Assembly: GCA_038210005.1 (NCBI GenBank)
Contig: JBBQXC010000002.1
Location: 24,911-88,910, forward strand
Source: Gemmatimonadales bacterium
GTDB taxonomy: Bacteria; Gemmatimonadota; Gemmatimonadetes; Gemmatimonadales; Gemmatimonadaceae
Length of the DNA stretch: 64,000 nt
Reading direction: 5' to 3'
This document shows, one piece after another, positions 48,669 through 59,144 of the stretch. The notes below the pieces were generated by a model, which had not been told where the DNA came from, ran no database searches, and worked only from the letters and a program-made list of their open reading frames with translations. Position numbers and translations under genes: made by a program. Position 1 is the stretch's first letter, and every line of letters starts with the position of its first letter.

Positions 48669-50198
48669 GTGGGGTCCATCCGGGCACGTCTGACGGTCGC
48701 CTACACGGCCGCGTTCATCGGAACGCTCGTCATCTTTTCGATCGCACTGCTCGCCGTGCGCCGCGAGATCCTGTTCCGCGAACTCGAATCACGCGTGCAG
48801 TTCGAAGCGGATCAGGTCGTGCGCGCCATCAATCTGGCACGAAACACCGGTACCGAGCCGGTGGTGGCACAAAACGATCCGCTTGCCGGCCCCAGTGTGT
48901 CGTTGCGCATGGCAGCGTTCCTGTCGCTGCTCGAGGGGTACGTGCTCGTGCAGGACAGCACGCAGTACGATATCTATGCGTCGCCCGCGGTGCAGCTGTT
49001 GTCGTCATCCGACCGCGACGTCTTCAGCACGGCCGCCCGCACGTCGTCACCGTCGCCGGCCGTGCGCGTGCTCACCATGCGCTCGGACGAGGTGCTGCTC
49101 GCCACGCGCGTGGTGCCGCTTAGCGAGAACGCGCGCTACCGTATTTACGCGGCGCTCAGCACGTCGGACATCAGTTACACGCCGCGTGACCTGGTGGGCA
49201 CGATGTTCGTGATCGCGCCGTTCCTGCTCGGCATCTCGATGACGTTCGCGTACATCATCGCGGGACGGGCGTTCCGGCCCATCGACCGCATCATCGATCA
49301 GGTCGAGGCGATCACCGACGGGCGTTCACTACATCGTCGGCTGGCGATCGGGGCCGCCGGCGATGAACTCGCCCGCTTGTCCTCCACGCTCAACGCGATG
49401 ATCGAGCGACTGGAAACGTCGTTCGGGGCGCTGCGTCGCTTTACCGCCGATGCCAGCCACGAGCTCAAGACGCCACTGGCCGTGATGCGCGCCGACATCG
49501 AGCGCTCGCTGTCGCCGACGTCGACCTCGTCGGAACAGGCGATCGCGATCGAAGAAGCGCTGCAGCAGGTGACCCGCATGGCCGATCTGGTCGACTCGCT
49601 GCTCACGCTAGCCCGCGCTGATGAGGGGCGCTTCGATCTCTATCGCGAACCCGTCGAGCTCGGGCCGTTGATGCGCGAAGTGGTGGAAACGGCCCGACTG
49701 CTTGGTGAGGACGCGGGGCTGACCATCGATGCGCCGCTGATGGAGAACGCCGAGGTGCTGGCCGATCTCACCCGCTTGCGTCAGCTCTATCTCAATCTGG
49801 TGACCAACGCGATCAAGTACACACCGCGTGGTGGGCGCGTGGAGATGACGCTGACGCGAGGCGACGCGGATGTCACGTTCGCGGTGAAGGACACCGGTCT
49901 CGGGATCGCGGCCGCCGACTTGCCGTACATCTTCGAACGATTCTGGCGCGCCGATCGCGTCCGCTCGCGCGCGTCCGAGCGCGGCGGCTTTGGGCTCGGC
50001 CTCGCGATCTGTCAATGGATCACCCAGGCCCACGGCGGCCGTCTGACCGTGCAGTCGCGCCTGGGGCGGGGGAGCACGTTCACGGTGGTGCTGCCGTTGG
50101 CGGGAGCGCCGGGCTCAGGCATGACGGGTGAGTACGAGTCGATTGTCAACCGGCGCCATGATGATGCCCCCTCGAGCGGAATGCTAACTGCGGATTAA
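48669..50198 (+). CDS. Sensor histidine kinase (TM, HAMP, HisKA and HATPase_c domains)
   Basis: Two TM helices, a HAMP domain, H-box [13 protein letters not shown], and N/G boxes in the C-terminus. Confidence 0.85.
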   Translation: MGSIRARLTVAYTAAFIGTLVIFSIALLAVRREILFRELESRVQFEADQVVRAINLARNTGTEPVVAQNDPLAGPSVSLRMAAFLSLLEGYVLVQDSTQYDIYASPAVQLLSSSDRDVFSTAARTSSPSPAVRVLTMRSDEVLLATRVVPLSENARYRIYAALSTSDISYTPRDLVGTMFVIAPFLLGISMTFAYIIAGRAFRPIDRIIDQVEAITDGRSLHRRLAIGAAGDELARLSSTLNAMIERLETSFGALRRFTADASHELKTPLAVMRADIERSLSPTSTSSEQAIAIEEALQQVTRMADLVDSLLTLARADEGRFDLYREPVELGPLMREVVETARLLGEDAGLTIDAPLMENAEVLADLTRLRQLYLNLVTNAIKYTPRGGRVEMTLTRGDADVTFAVKDTGLGIAAADLPYIFERFWRADRVRSRASERGGFGLGLAICQWITQAHGGRLTVQSRLGRGSTFTVVLPLAGAPGSGMTGEYESIVNRRHDDAPSSGMLTAD

Positions 50199-50220
50199 TC
50201 CGATCCTAATGTTCTGTCCA

Positions 50221-50248
50221 TTGCTCGATCATCTCCGGGACGTAGTAT
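50221..50248 (+). promoter_or_regulatory. Candidate sigma70-like promoter upstream of tonB
   Basis: -35 TTGCTC (50221-50226), a 16-nt spacer, then -10 TAGTAT (50243-50248). It lies in an AT-richer pocket. Confidence 0.25.
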
Positions 50249-50271
50249 CGCTGTAGTCAGTTCCCGGGCCT

Positions 50272-50313
50272 CTTGTCCGGGCGCTGCGAACCGTCGCCCG
50301 CACCCCGGACAAG
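50272..50313 (+). promoter_or_regulatory. 10-bp inverted repeat in the tonB leader
   Basis: cttgtccggg (50272-50281) and cccggacaag (50304-50313), 22 nt apart. The second arm ends 4 nt before the tonB ATG and covers the ribosome-binding region. Confidence 0.35.
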
Positions 50314-50317
50314 CGAG

Positions 50318-51034
50318 ATGTTCAACAACCTGCTTGAATCGCAAGCCAAGAAGCAGAAGCGCTTTGGTGGGTCCGTCACCTCGATCATTGTCCATACGGC
50401 CATTGTTGTTGCCCTCGTGGTTGTCACCAAGAACTCGGGCATCATCAACGAGAAGCCGAAGGAAGAAAAGGTCGACTTCGTCGAGGTGAAGAAGGACGAG
50501 CCCAAGCCACCTGAGCCGGAAAAGGCCCCTCCGCCGCCCGACGCCGTGGTGGCGCCGCCACCGCCCAAGGGCTTCCAGGTGCTTTCGGCTCCTATCGATA
50601 TCCCCAACGTCATCCCCGACATCGATTTGTCCAAGAAGGTCACGGACGAAGCCGACTTCTCGGGTAAGGGTGTCGCCGGTGGTATCGCGAAGGGTGTCGA
50701 AGGCGGAAAGGGCCCGGTCCCGCAGGGTGACCAGCCCTACTTCGACTTCCAGGTCGAAAAGCCCGTCGTCATGGCGCCGGGCGCTCAGGGGCCCGCGTAC
50801 CCCGACATGCTCCGCACCGCGGGCATCGAAGGCACTGTGCTGGCGCAGTTCGTAGTAGACACCACGGGACGTGCCGAAATGAGCACGTTCAAGGTGCTCA
50901 AGTCCGACAACGACCTGTTTTCCAACGCCGTGAAGAATGCGCTGCAGCGCATGCGCTTCCTCCCAGCCGAAGTGGGTGGACGCAAGGTAAAGCAGCTCGT
51001 GCAGCAGCCGTTCCAGTTCTCGCTCAACCGCTAA
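50318..51034 (+). CDS. tonB: TonB-family energy transducer
   Basis: N-terminal TM anchor, a Pro/Lys/Glu-rich spacer (KPPEPEKAPPPPDAVVAPPPP), and a C-terminal TonB domain. Confidence 0.75.
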   Translation: MFNNLLESQAKKQKRFGGSVTSIIVHTAIVVALVVVTKNSGIINEKPKEEKVDFVEVKKDEPKPPEPEKAPPPPDAVVAPPPPKGFQVLSAPIDIPNVIPDIDLSKKVTDEADFSGKGVAGGIAKGVEGGKGPVPQGDQPYFDFQVEKPVVMAPGAQGPAYPDMLRTAGIEGTVLAQFVVDTTGRAEMSTFKVLKSDNDLFSNAVKNALQRMRFLPAEVGGRKVKQLVQQPFQFSLNR

Positions 51035-51067
51035 GGTTCTTCCCCTCGCTCTGCGGAGATTTTCGTC

Positions 51068-51799
51068 ATGAACATGTCGTTGATGGAGCTGTTCAACTCG
51101 ATGGGTTGGTTTGCCAAGGGCATTGTCTTCACGCTCCTTGGTATGTCTGCCTTCTCATTCACTGTGCTCATCCAGAAGTGGTGGAGCATGCGTAAGGCGC
51201 AGGCCGAAACGCGGAAGTTCGCCCCCGAGTTCTCGCAGTTCCTCGAAGAAGACAACCTCATCGAGGCGATCAAGCTGGCCGAAGGCTACAAGAAGTCGCA
51301 TGTCGCGCGCGTGCTCGGTGGTGCCCTCGCCGAAATCCGTCCGCTCATCCAGGACGGCTCGGTGACGGTGTCGGACATCAACACGTCGGAGCGCGCCGTC
51401 GAGCGTGAAATGCTCATGACGATCGTCGACCTCAAGCGTGGGCTCGGCGTGCTCGCGACCGTCGGCGCCACCGCGCCGTTCGTCGGTCTGCTTGGCACCA
51501 CCATGGGGATCGTGAACTCCTTTACGGGTATGGCCACGTCGGGCGCAGGCGGTATCTCGGCCATCGCCGCCGGTGTTGCCGAAGCCCTCATCACGACCGC
51601 CATCGGTATCGGCGTCGCCATTCCCGCCGTGTGGGCGTTCAACTTCTTCCAGACGAAGATTGACAACCTCACGGCCGAAATGACCTACACGTCGAAGGAA
51701 ATGATCGACTACCTCATCAAAGGGGTTTCGGGTGAGTTCGGTCGGTCGCGCTTCACGCGTGAGTTCAACACCGCTGGTCAGCAGTCGATCTCGCAGTAA
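51068..51799 (+). CDS. exbB: MotA/TolQ/ExbB proton-channel protein
   Basis: 243 aa with three TM helices and ExbB-like conservation. Confidence 0.85.
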   Translation: MNMSLMELFNSMGWFAKGIVFTLLGMSAFSFTVLIQKWWSMRKAQAETRKFAPEFSQFLEEDNLIEAIKLAEGYKKSHVARVLGGALAEIRPLIQDGSVTVSDINTSERAVEREMLMTIVDLKRGLGVLATVGATAPFVGLLGTTMGIVNSFTGMATSGAGGISAIAAGVAEALITTAIGIGVAIPAVWAFNFFQTKIDNLTAEMTYTSKEMIDYLIKGVSGEFGRSRFTREFNTAGQQSISQ

Positions 51800-51871
51800 T
51801 CACGATCGGTCATCCGGTTGGCGCTCCGTACGGGGCGCCACATCGGAAGGCTCAACGCCAGGAGTCGCGCG

Positions 51872-52330
51872 ATGGGAATGGCTGTCAGCGGGGGCGGCGT
51901 CAAGGCCGAACCCAACGTGACCCCCATGATCGACGTGATGCTTGTACTGCTCATCATCTTCATGATCACGATTCCGCAGATCAACGCGGGCTTTACCGCG
52001 GTCCCGCCGGAAGGGCAGAACCTCAAGCCCCACCCGGAAGAAGATGGTGATCAGGTGCTCGGCATCGACGATCAGGGTCGGTACTATCTCAACAAGAGTC
52101 GGATCCGCAACGAGGACCTCGAAGCCCTCGTCGGCGAGATCTATCTGAAGGAGCGCGAGGACTACATCATGTACATCAAGGCCCACAAGGACCTCGAGTA
52201 CTTGAAGGTCGTCGACGCCCTCGATCGCATCTCGCGGTCTGGTGTGCGCGTCGCCGCGCTCATCACGGATCAGACACCGAATACGGAATCGCTCGTCCCG
52301 AGCGACCGCATCATGCCGGGGAGTAAGTAG
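51872..52330 (+). CDS. exbD: ExbD/TolR biopolymer transport protein, copy 1
   Basis: NVTPMIDVMLVLLIIFM signature. AGGAG 7 nt upstream of the ATG at 51872. The track ORF begins at 51818. Confidence 0.8.
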   Translation: MGMAVSGGGVKAEPNVTPMIDVMLVLLIIFMITIPQINAGFTAVPPEGQNLKPHPEEDGDQVLGIDDQGRYYLNKSRIRNEDLEALVGEIYLKEREDYIMYIKAHKDLEYLKVVDALDRISRSGVRVAALITDQTPNTESLVPSDRIMPGSK

Positions 52331-52332
52331 CC

Positions 52333-52740
52333 ATGAGCATGTCTGCACCGAGCGGTGGCTCGAATCTGAACAACGACATGAACGTCACGCCCATGATCGA
52401 CGTTCTGCTCGTGCTGCTCATCATCTTCATGATGATTATCCCGATGAGCCGCAAGGCCATCGATACGCAGCTGCCTGATCCGACGCCGCAACCGCTGTCG
52501 ACCCAGGTGAACCCCGATCAGATCGTGCTCGAAGTCCTCCCGGACGACAAGTACGCGGTCAATAAGGAGCCGGTCGAGAAGGCCAAGCTCCTCGAGAAGT
52601 TGAAGTCGATCTACGACCCCCGTCCCGAAAAGATCATCTTCGTGAAGGGCGACACCACGGTGAAGTACTCCGCTGTGATCTGGGCTATGGACCAGGCTCG
52701 CGGCGCCGGGGTAAAGGTCATCGGCGTTCCGCCGAAGTGA
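52333..52740 (+). CDS. exbD: ExbD/TolR biopolymer transport protein, copy 2
   Basis: NVTPMIDVLLVLLIIFMM signature. GGAG upstream. Confidence 0.85.
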   Translation: MSMSAPSGGSNLNNDMNVTPMIDVLLVLLIIFMMIIPMSRKAIDTQLPDPTPQPLSTQVNPDQIVLEVLPDDKYAVNKEPVEKAKLLEKLKSIYDPRPEKIIFVKGDTTVKYSAVIWAMDQARGAGVKVIGVPPK

Positions 52741-52865
52741 TGTGTGGCGCGGTCCCGAACACGGGAGCGCGCCCACCCACGAGATCCACGTCGTGACCAC
52801 GGCGGGCGAACCCACAGGGATCGTCCGCCGTTGTACGTTGTATAGGTCTCACCCCTCGAGTCTCA

Positions 52866-53708
52866 ATGACGCCAACGCCTTCGTCGCTTCCAGATACTGC
52901 TGACCTCCCGCCGCCGGAACGCCCGCGGTACCGACCGCCTATCGGCGTGCCGGTGGGCAACCAGCGTCGGGTCCGCAGCCTGCTGATCAGCATTGGCATT
53001 CACCTGCTGATCATCATCCTGCTCATCGTCCCGTTCACCTCGCCGGAGCTACTGCGCGAAGTGCTGGGCGCTGGCGGCCTTGGCCCCGCTGGCGGCGGCG
53101 GCGGCGGCAATCGCGGCACCGGCGGCGTTGCCAAGGATGAGCGACTCCAGTTCGTTCGCGTGGCGCCCCCGCCACCGCCGCCACCGCCCGTGGTGAAGCC
53201 CCCGACGATCAAGCCAATCGTGCCGCCGCCGCTGGTGCCGCCCGTGGTAAAGCCGCCGCAGCAGACGGCGGCGCCAGCACAGCCGTCCGCCGCCGACGCG
53301 GCCGACGCGAAGTCGGCGGTGACGGGCACGGGCGGTGGCTCAGGCACCGATGGAAGCGCCGGGGCAGGCTCAGGTAGCGGCGGTGGGGTCGGATCCGGTG
53401 TCGGCACCGGCAAAGGCACCAGCGTGGGGCCCGGTACCGGTGGCGGTCCCGGCACCGTGTATCCGCCGGCGCCCACCGAGCTCTTCCTCCCCCCGCTGCC
53501 TGTCCCGAACAAGGCCAAGGGCACGGTGGTCGTCGTCTTTGAAGTCGACTCCACCGGTAAAGTGCTCGACCTGCAGTTTACGCCGACCAAGGACGGCGCG
53601 TACAACCGAAAGCTGCGTGAGGCGCTCGTCGCCATCCGCTTTCGCCCCGCCGTCAATGCGCAGGGCGTCGCTGTCCGCGGCAAAGCCGAAATCACGTACT
53701 CGCTGTAG
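52866..53708 (+). CDS. Second TonB-like protein (Pro/Gly-rich spacer plus C-terminal TonB domain)
   Basis: TM anchor, then PPPPPPPPVVKPPTIKPIVPPPLVPPVVKPP and Gly-rich runs, then a C-terminal TonB-like domain (VVVVFEVDSTGKV...). Confidence 0.7.
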   Translation: MTPTPSSLPDTADLPPPERPRYRPPIGVPVGNQRRVRSLLISIGIHLLIIILLIVPFTSPELLREVLGAGGLGPAGGGGGGNRGTGGVAKDERLQFVRVAPPPPPPPPVVKPPTIKPIVPPPLVPPVVKPPQQTAAPAQPSAADAADAKSAVTGTGGGSGTDGSAGAGSGSGGGVGSGVGTGKGTSVGPGTGGGPGTVYPPAPTELFLPPLPVPNKAKGTVVVVFEVDSTGKVLDLQFTPTKDGAYNRKLREALVAIRFRPAVNAQGVAVRGKAEITYSL

Positions 53709-53812
53709 ACTCGCCGTACGCGTGACCTGACAGTAGCTTGCGCGCACGTTGTACCGCGCGCCGATCTCCGCTTCTCCCTCACGGCGCCTCCTCCCCCCCG
53801 ATCCCAGGGCCC

Positions 53813-55306
53813 ATGGGGCTGTTTGATCGAAAGCCGATCGCCGCTGCCGATGAAAGCGGCGCCGGCATGCGCCGCACGCTTGGTGCTGGCGACCTTGTCA
53901 TGCTGGCCATCGGTGCCGTGATCGGCGCCGGCATTTTCTCCTCGCTCGGAACGGCAGCGGCCGGCGAAACGCTGGCCGACGGAACCGTGATCCGATACGG
54001 CGCTGGACCCGCGCTCGTACTCTCCTTCGTGCTGCTCGGTGCCGTCTGCGGTCTCGCCGCGCTCTGCTACGCGGAGCTCGCGGCCATGATTCCGCAAGCC
54101 GGCAGTGCCTACGCCTACTCGTACGCCACGCTCGGCGAAATCGTCGCGTGGATCGTGGGCTGGGCGCTCATCCTCGAATACGCGGTCGGCAACGTCGCCG
54201 TCGCGATCGGATGGTCCGGTTATTTCACGTCGCTCCTCTCGGGGTTCGGCATCGACTTGCCTGGATGGCTCACGCACGGATACTGGAACGTCAAGGCGAG
54301 CGCTGATCCGGCCATCCGTGCGCTGATGGAGTCGGCGCCTCACATCGCCGGCATCCCGGTGCTCGTGAATCTGCCGGCGTTCGGCATCGTCGTCGCGATC
54401 ACCCTGCTGTTGCTCAAAGGCGTGAAGGAAAGCGCGCGCGCCAACAACATCATGGTGGTCATCAAGCTGCTCGTGCTGGCGCTGTTCGTGATCGTCGGCG
54501 GCATGCACATCGACCCGGCCAATTACAAGCCGTTCGCGCCCAACGGCTTCCGCGGCATCCATCAAGGCGCCGCAATCGTGTTCTTTGCCTATATCGGTTT
54601 CGACGCGATCTCCACGGCCGCCGAAGAGACCAAGAATCCGCAGCGTAATCTGCCCATCGGTATTCTCGGTGGATTGGCGGTGTGCACACTCATTTACGTG
54701 ATCGTCGGCTTCGTAGCCACGGGCCTCGTGCCGTACGAGCAACTGCGCAGCAGCGATCCCTTGGCCAGGGCGCTCTCCGTGGCAGGCCTTTCCACGGCCA
54801 GTTGGATCGTCGCCGCCGGTGCTGTGGTCTCGATGTCTGCCGTCTTGCTGGTCTTTCAGTACGGTCAGCCGCGAATCTTCTACGCGATGGCGCGCGACGG
54901 CCTGCTCCCCAAGTTCGCCGCCAAGCTGCATCCGAAAACGCATATCCCGCATGTAACGACCATCATCACCGGTGTTGCCGTGGCGCTTGGCTCACTGCTC
55001 GCCGACGACGCGGCGACGTACGATCTCACCAACATCGGCACGCTCGCCGCCTTCTCCGTGGTCTGTATCGGTGTGCTGGTGCTCCGCATTCGCGAGCCCG
55101 ATCGCCACCGTCCGTTTCGGGTGCCATTTGTCTGGTTCGTGACGCTCGGCGGGGCCGCCGCCTGTGTGTTCGTGATGCGCGGGTTGCCCTCGAGCGCTTG
55201 GAAGGCGTTCGGCATCTGGATGCTCATCGGACTCTCGCTCTACTTCTCCTACGGGTACAAGCACTCGGTGCTGCGTCGCGCAGACGCACCGGTCGCTCCC
55301 GAATAG
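53813..55306 (+). CDS. APC-superfamily amino acid permease
   Basis: 12 TM helices with APC signatures. I took the ATG at 53813 (MGLFDRK) as the start. Confidence 0.8.
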   Translation: MGLFDRKPIAAADESGAGMRRTLGAGDLVMLAIGAVIGAGIFSSLGTAAAGETLADGTVIRYGAGPALVLSFVLLGAVCGLAALCYAELAAMIPQAGSAYAYSYATLGEIVAWIVGWALILEYAVGNVAVAIGWSGYFTSLLSGFGIDLPGWLTHGYWNVKASADPAIRALMESAPHIAGIPVLVNLPAFGIVVAITLLLLKGVKESARANNIMVVIKLLVLALFVIVGGMHIDPANYKPFAPNGFRGIHQGAAIVFFAYIGFDAISTAAEETKNPQRNLPIGILGGLAVCTLIYVIVGFVATGLVPYEQLRSSDPLARALSVAGLSTASWIVAAGAVVSMSAVLLVFQYGQPRIFYAMARDGLLPKFAAKLHPKTHIPHVTTIITGVAVALGSLLADDAATYDLTNIGTLAAFSVVCIGVLVLRIREPDRHRPFRVPFVWFVTLGGAAACVFVMRGLPSSAWKAFGIWMLIGLSLYFSYGYKHSVLRRADAPVAPE

Positions 55307-55342
55307 GTCATCCGCCGCACCACGACTCCTCAAACCAGCATC

Positions 55343-56626
55343 ATGGCTCATCAGTCCTCCAGCGCGTCGCCGGCAGCACCGAGCAAGGGATTCCTCGGGA
55401 TCGGATTCTCGCAGTGGATCGTCATCTCGATGATCATCGGCATCCTGATCGGCTGGCTCGCGCCCGATTTTGCGCCGAACCTCAAGCCGTTCGCGAACAT
55501 CTTCCTGCGCATGATCAAGTCGTTGATCGTGCCGCTGCTGTTCAGCACGCTGGTCGTCGGCATCGCCGGGCACGGCGATGACATGAAGAAGGTCGGCAAG
55601 CTTGCGCTTCGCTCGATCATCTACTTCGAAGTCGTCACCACGGCCGCGCTGGCGATCGGGCTGATCGCGGTGAACTACGTGAAGCCGGGCGTGGGACTGT
55701 CGATCAGCTCTGCGGCCGGCAGCGCGGAGGAATTTCAGGCGCTCGCGGCGAAGACGCCCACCTTCGCGTCAGTGCTCGAACACACCGTCCCGCAAAGCTT
55801 CTTCGAGGCCGCCGCGCAAAACGAAGTGCTCCAGATCGTCTTCTTTGCCATCCTCTTTGCGGTCGCGTTGGCCCGCGTGGAAGGACCATCCAAGAAGATG
55901 ATGCTCGACGGACTCCAGTCGCTCAGCGACGTGATGTTCAAGTTCGTCGGCATTGTGATGGCCTACGCGCCCATCGGGATTGGTGCCGCGATTGGTGTGA
56001 CCGTCGGCAAGAGCGGGCTCGGTGTGCTGCTCAGTCTCGGCAAGCTCGTCGGCACATTGTACGTGTCGCTCATCGTGTTCGTCCTGCTCGTGCTCGTGCC
56101 GGTCGCGCTCATCGCGCGCATTCCCGTCATGCGCTTCTGGCGCACGGTGAAGGAGCCATGGCTCATTGCCTTCTCCACCGCGTCCAGTGAAGCGGCATTC
56201 CCGCAGGCCATGCAGGCGATGGAAAAGTTCGGCGTGCCACGTCGTATCGTATCGTTCGTGCTGCCCACCGGGTACTCGTTCAACCTCGACGGCAGCACGC
56301 TCTACCTCGCCATCGCCTCGGTTTTCGTGGCGCAGGCGGCCGGTATCGACATGCCGATCGGTACCCAGCTGCTGATGATGCTCACACTGATGCTCACGTC
56401 GAAGGGTGTCGCGGCCGTTCCGCGGGCCTCACTCGTGATCCTGTCTGGCGCGCTGGCGCAGTTCAATCTCCCGCTCGAGGGAATCGCGCTCATCCTCGGC
56501 GTCGACGCCATCATGGATATGGCCCGCACGTCGGTGAATCTGCTCGGCAACTGTCTCGCCACCGCCGTCATGGCGCGTTGGGAAGGCGAGCTCAATATCC
56601 CAGCCGAGGAAGCGGTACCGGCCTAG
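55343..56626 (+). CDS. Dicarboxylate/amino acid:cation symporter (DAACS, GltP/DctA family)
   Basis: 427 aa with DAACS-like conservation along its length. Confidence 0.85.
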   Translation: MAHQSSSASPAAPSKGFLGIGFSQWIVISMIIGILIGWLAPDFAPNLKPFANIFLRMIKSLIVPLLFSTLVVGIAGHGDDMKKVGKLALRSIIYFEVVTTAALAIGLIAVNYVKPGVGLSISSAAGSAEEFQALAAKTPTFASVLEHTVPQSFFEAAAQNEVLQIVFFAILFAVALARVEGPSKKMMLDGLQSLSDVMFKFVGIVMAYAPIGIGAAIGVTVGKSGLGVLLSLGKLVGTLYVSLIVFVLLVLVPVALIARIPVMRFWRTVKEPWLIAFSTASSEAAFPQAMQAMEKFGVPRRIVSFVLPTGYSFNLDGSTLYLAIASVFVAQAAGIDMPIGTQLLMMLTLMLTSKGVAAVPRASLVILSGALAQFNLPLEGIALILGVDAIMDMARTSVNLLGNCLATAVMARWEGELNIPAEEAVPA

Positions 56627-56649
56627 TCGTTATGTGAACCGGTGGGGCG

Positions 56650-57600
56650 TCAGACCTCGACGCCCAACAACCGGCGTGCACGACGAACGGCACCGCGTGC
56701 CGCGTCTACTTCCTCCGCGCGTACGGTCGCCCCCGGCACGGCGCTCTTCAGTCGCTGCTCGAGGCGCTTCCGCACCAGCGAACCCTTCGTAAGCAGGCCG
56801 CCCGCGAACGCCACGGGAACGGCGGCACGCTCGTCCATGAAGCAACGTCGCGCCAGCGTGCGAATGTGCAGCGCGAGCTCTTCCACGCAGAAGCTGATGA
56901 GCGCATTCGCGCGCAAGTCACCCGTCGAGGCCACTTTCGCGACCACCGGGGCGAGCGTCGCGAAATCCCCGGGCGTCGCGTCGGCGGCCCACGGAATCAG
57001 ATCGTCGAGCGACTCCAGTTCGAGCGCGGTGAGAATCGCACCCGTGAGCGCCGTGTCAGGCTCGCGTCCATCATGCGCCGCCGTGATAACGCTGAGGGCA
57101 CGGCGCCCGAGCCATGCGCCGCTGCCTTCGTCGCCGATGTTCGGGCCCCAGCCACCACAGCGCTCCAGTCGCCCGTCGGGCGCGCGGGAGTAGGCCACCG
57201 ATCCGGTGCCGGAAATCAGCAGCACACCGGCGGAGTCGCCGAACGCGTCATCCATGGCGATGGTCGCATCGGCCTGTACCGATACGTCGTCCGCCACACG
57301 GCGCGACGCGAGCGCCGACCACAGGGCTTGCGCGGCGCGCTCCTGCCCGGCGCCGGCGACCCCCACCACGCACACCGCCGGACGCGTTTCACTGCGATCG
57401 ACCGAGGCGAGCACGTCCGCGATCAACGACGTGATGATGTCCGCGGCCACGCCCTCGTGGCCCGGCAAGAGCGCTGTCCCGGCGCCCTCCATGCGTGCGA
57501 GCGTGTTGCCGGCGGCGTCGGCGAGCACGACGCGGGTACGGCTACCGCCGCCATCTACGCCTACAACGAGTGGTGTCGGGTCGAGAGGTCCGGCACTCAT
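56650..57600 (-). CDS. BadF/BadG/BcrA/BcrD-type ATPase; N-acetylglucosamine / N-acetylmuramic acid kinase-like (MurK/NagK-like)
   Basis: N-terminal VVGVDGGGSRTRVVL, the ASKHA-fold phosphate-1 motif. The ATG at 57600 overlaps the SSS stop (ATGA), with AGGGGAA upstream. Confidence 0.7.
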   Translation of the reverse strand: MSAGPLDPTPLVVGVDGGGSRTRVVLADAAGNTLARMEGAGTALLPGHEGVAADIITSLIADVLASVDRSETRPAVCVVGVAGAGQERAAQALWSALASRRVADDVSVQADATIAMDDAFGDSAGVLLISGTGSVAYSRAPDGRLERCGGWGPNIGDEGSGAWLGRRALSVITAAHDGREPDTALTGAILTALELESLDDLIPWAADATPGDFATLAPVVAKVASTGDLRANALISFCVEELALHIRTLARRCFMDERAAVPVAFAGGLLTKGSLVRKRLEQRLKSAVPGATVRAEEVDAARGAVRRARRLLGVEV

Positions 57601-59129
57601 GAACGATTCCCCTGAGAAGAGCGCGGCGCCATCGGTGGCGCATGCGTGAACGACGACAGAATACCTGTCACGAAAGTAAGCGTGGTACCGATCAACACGA
57701 ACCACGGCCACGCGATCACGGCGAACGGGGCAAGCGTCGGCGCGAGTGACGGAAACCAACCGCTGAGCGCCTTGGCGAAAACGATGAAGGACATGGTGCC
57801 GATGCCGACCGCCATCCCCAGCATGGCGTCGCGCTGGATGGCCCGCGGCGCCAGCATCGCCAGAAAAAACGCGCCAAGCAGACCACCGTAGGTGAATGAG
57901 GCGACCGAGAGCGCGATCGTGACCACGGGTGTCCCTTCGTTCTTGTAGAGCAGAGCGCCGCCGATCAGAATCGCTGACCAGATGAGCGTGAACAGCTTGC
58001 TGACGCGAAGCAGCCCCGGGTCATCGGCGCGGCGTTTACTGAACGGCAGATACAGATCGTGAAGCGTCGCGGCCGCCAGCGAGTTGACCGAACCGCTCAC
58101 CGTGCTCATGGCCGCCGCGAGGATCGCGGCGATCACCAATCCCGTGAGCCCCGCCGGCATCACTTCCACGATGAACTTCGGGAAGATCGCATCGGGGCGG
58201 GGGAACGCCGTTCCATTGTAGAACGCGAACAGGCCCACGCCGATCAACAGGAACATGGCGAATTGCGCCATCACCACGAAGCCGCTGCCGATCAACGAGA
58301 GACGCGCCTCACGCAGATTGCCAGAGGCGAGCAGGCGCTGCACGATCAGCTGATCGGCGCCGTGCGAGGCCATGCTCAGGAAGGCGCCGCCGATCAGGCC
58401 GGCCCACAGCGTGTGCGGGCGGTCGATGCCCGTATACAAATCGAGCACTTGGAGTTGCCCACGAGCGCTCGCGCCTTCCAGAATGGCGCCCCAGCCACCG
58501 GGCACGCCGGCACCGATGATCCACATCGCGCCCAGCCCGCCCACGAGATACACGCCGGTTTGCAGCACATCGGTCCACACGACCGCACGCATGCCGCCGT
58601 GATACGTGTACAGCACGGTGAACGCGCCGAGAATCAGGATCGAAAGAGGAGCCACGTACTCGGGCGGGACAATCGGACCGATGATCAGTCCCACCGGGAT
58701 CGCCGTCGCGAAGACGCGCACGGAATCGCCGAACGCGCGCGTGACCATGAACACGATCGACGCAAACCGTCGGGTCGCAAGGCCGAACCGCTTTTCGAGC
58801 AACGCATACGCCGTGACCAACTCTCCGTCGTAGTACCGCGGAAGCAGGGTGTACGCGATCACGATCCGACCCACGATGTAGCCCACGGCGATCTGCAGGA
58901 ACGACAAATTGCCGACGTATGCCAGTCCTGGAATCGAGATGAACGTGAGCGCGCTGGTCTCCGTTGCCACCACCGAAAAGAGAATGGCCCACCACGGAAT
59001 CGCCTTGCCGGCCACGAAGTAGTCGCGCGCGTCCTTTTGGCCACGTCCCAGCCACACGCCAAGGAGCGTCGTGCCCACGAGATAAAGCAGCAGAACGGCC
59101 CAGTCCAGCGCCGTGAAGCTGTTGGTCAC
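57597..59129 (-). CDS. Sodium:solute symporter (SSS) family transporter
   Basis: 510 aa with 13-14 TM helices and SSS-family conservation. Confidence 0.85.
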   Translation of the reverse strand: MTNSFTALDWAVLLLYLVGTTLLGVWLGRGQKDARDYFVAGKAIPWWAILFSVVATETSALTFISIPGLAYVGNLSFLQIAVGYIVGRIVIAYTLLPRYYDGELVTAYALLEKRFGLATRRFASIVFMVTRAFGDSVRVFATAIPVGLIIGPIVPPEYVAPLSILILGAFTVLYTYHGGMRAVVWTDVLQTGVYLVGGLGAMWIIGAGVPGGWGAILEGASARGQLQVLDLYTGIDRPHTLWAGLIGGAFLSMASHGADQLIVQRLLASGNLREARLSLIGSGFVVMAQFAMFLLIGVGLFAFYNGTAFPRPDAIFPKFIVEVMPAGLTGLVIAAILAAAMSTVSGSVNSLAAATLHDLYLPFSKRRADDPGLLRVSKLFTLIWSAILIGGALLYKNEGTPVVTIALSVASFTYGGLLGAFFLAMLAPRAIQRDAMLGMAVGIGTMSFIVFAKALSGWFPSLAPTLAPFAVIAWPWFVLIGTTLTFVTGILSSFTHAPPMAPRSSQGNRS

Positions 59130-59144
59130 GAGGTCACGCCGGCA

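Noticed and set aside
53000-54952. 650-aa minus-strand ORF
   Set aside because: It spans the antisense of both the second tonB and the APC permease. Its composition is low-complexity and Gly/Arg-rich. The plus-strand genes carry clear family signatures.
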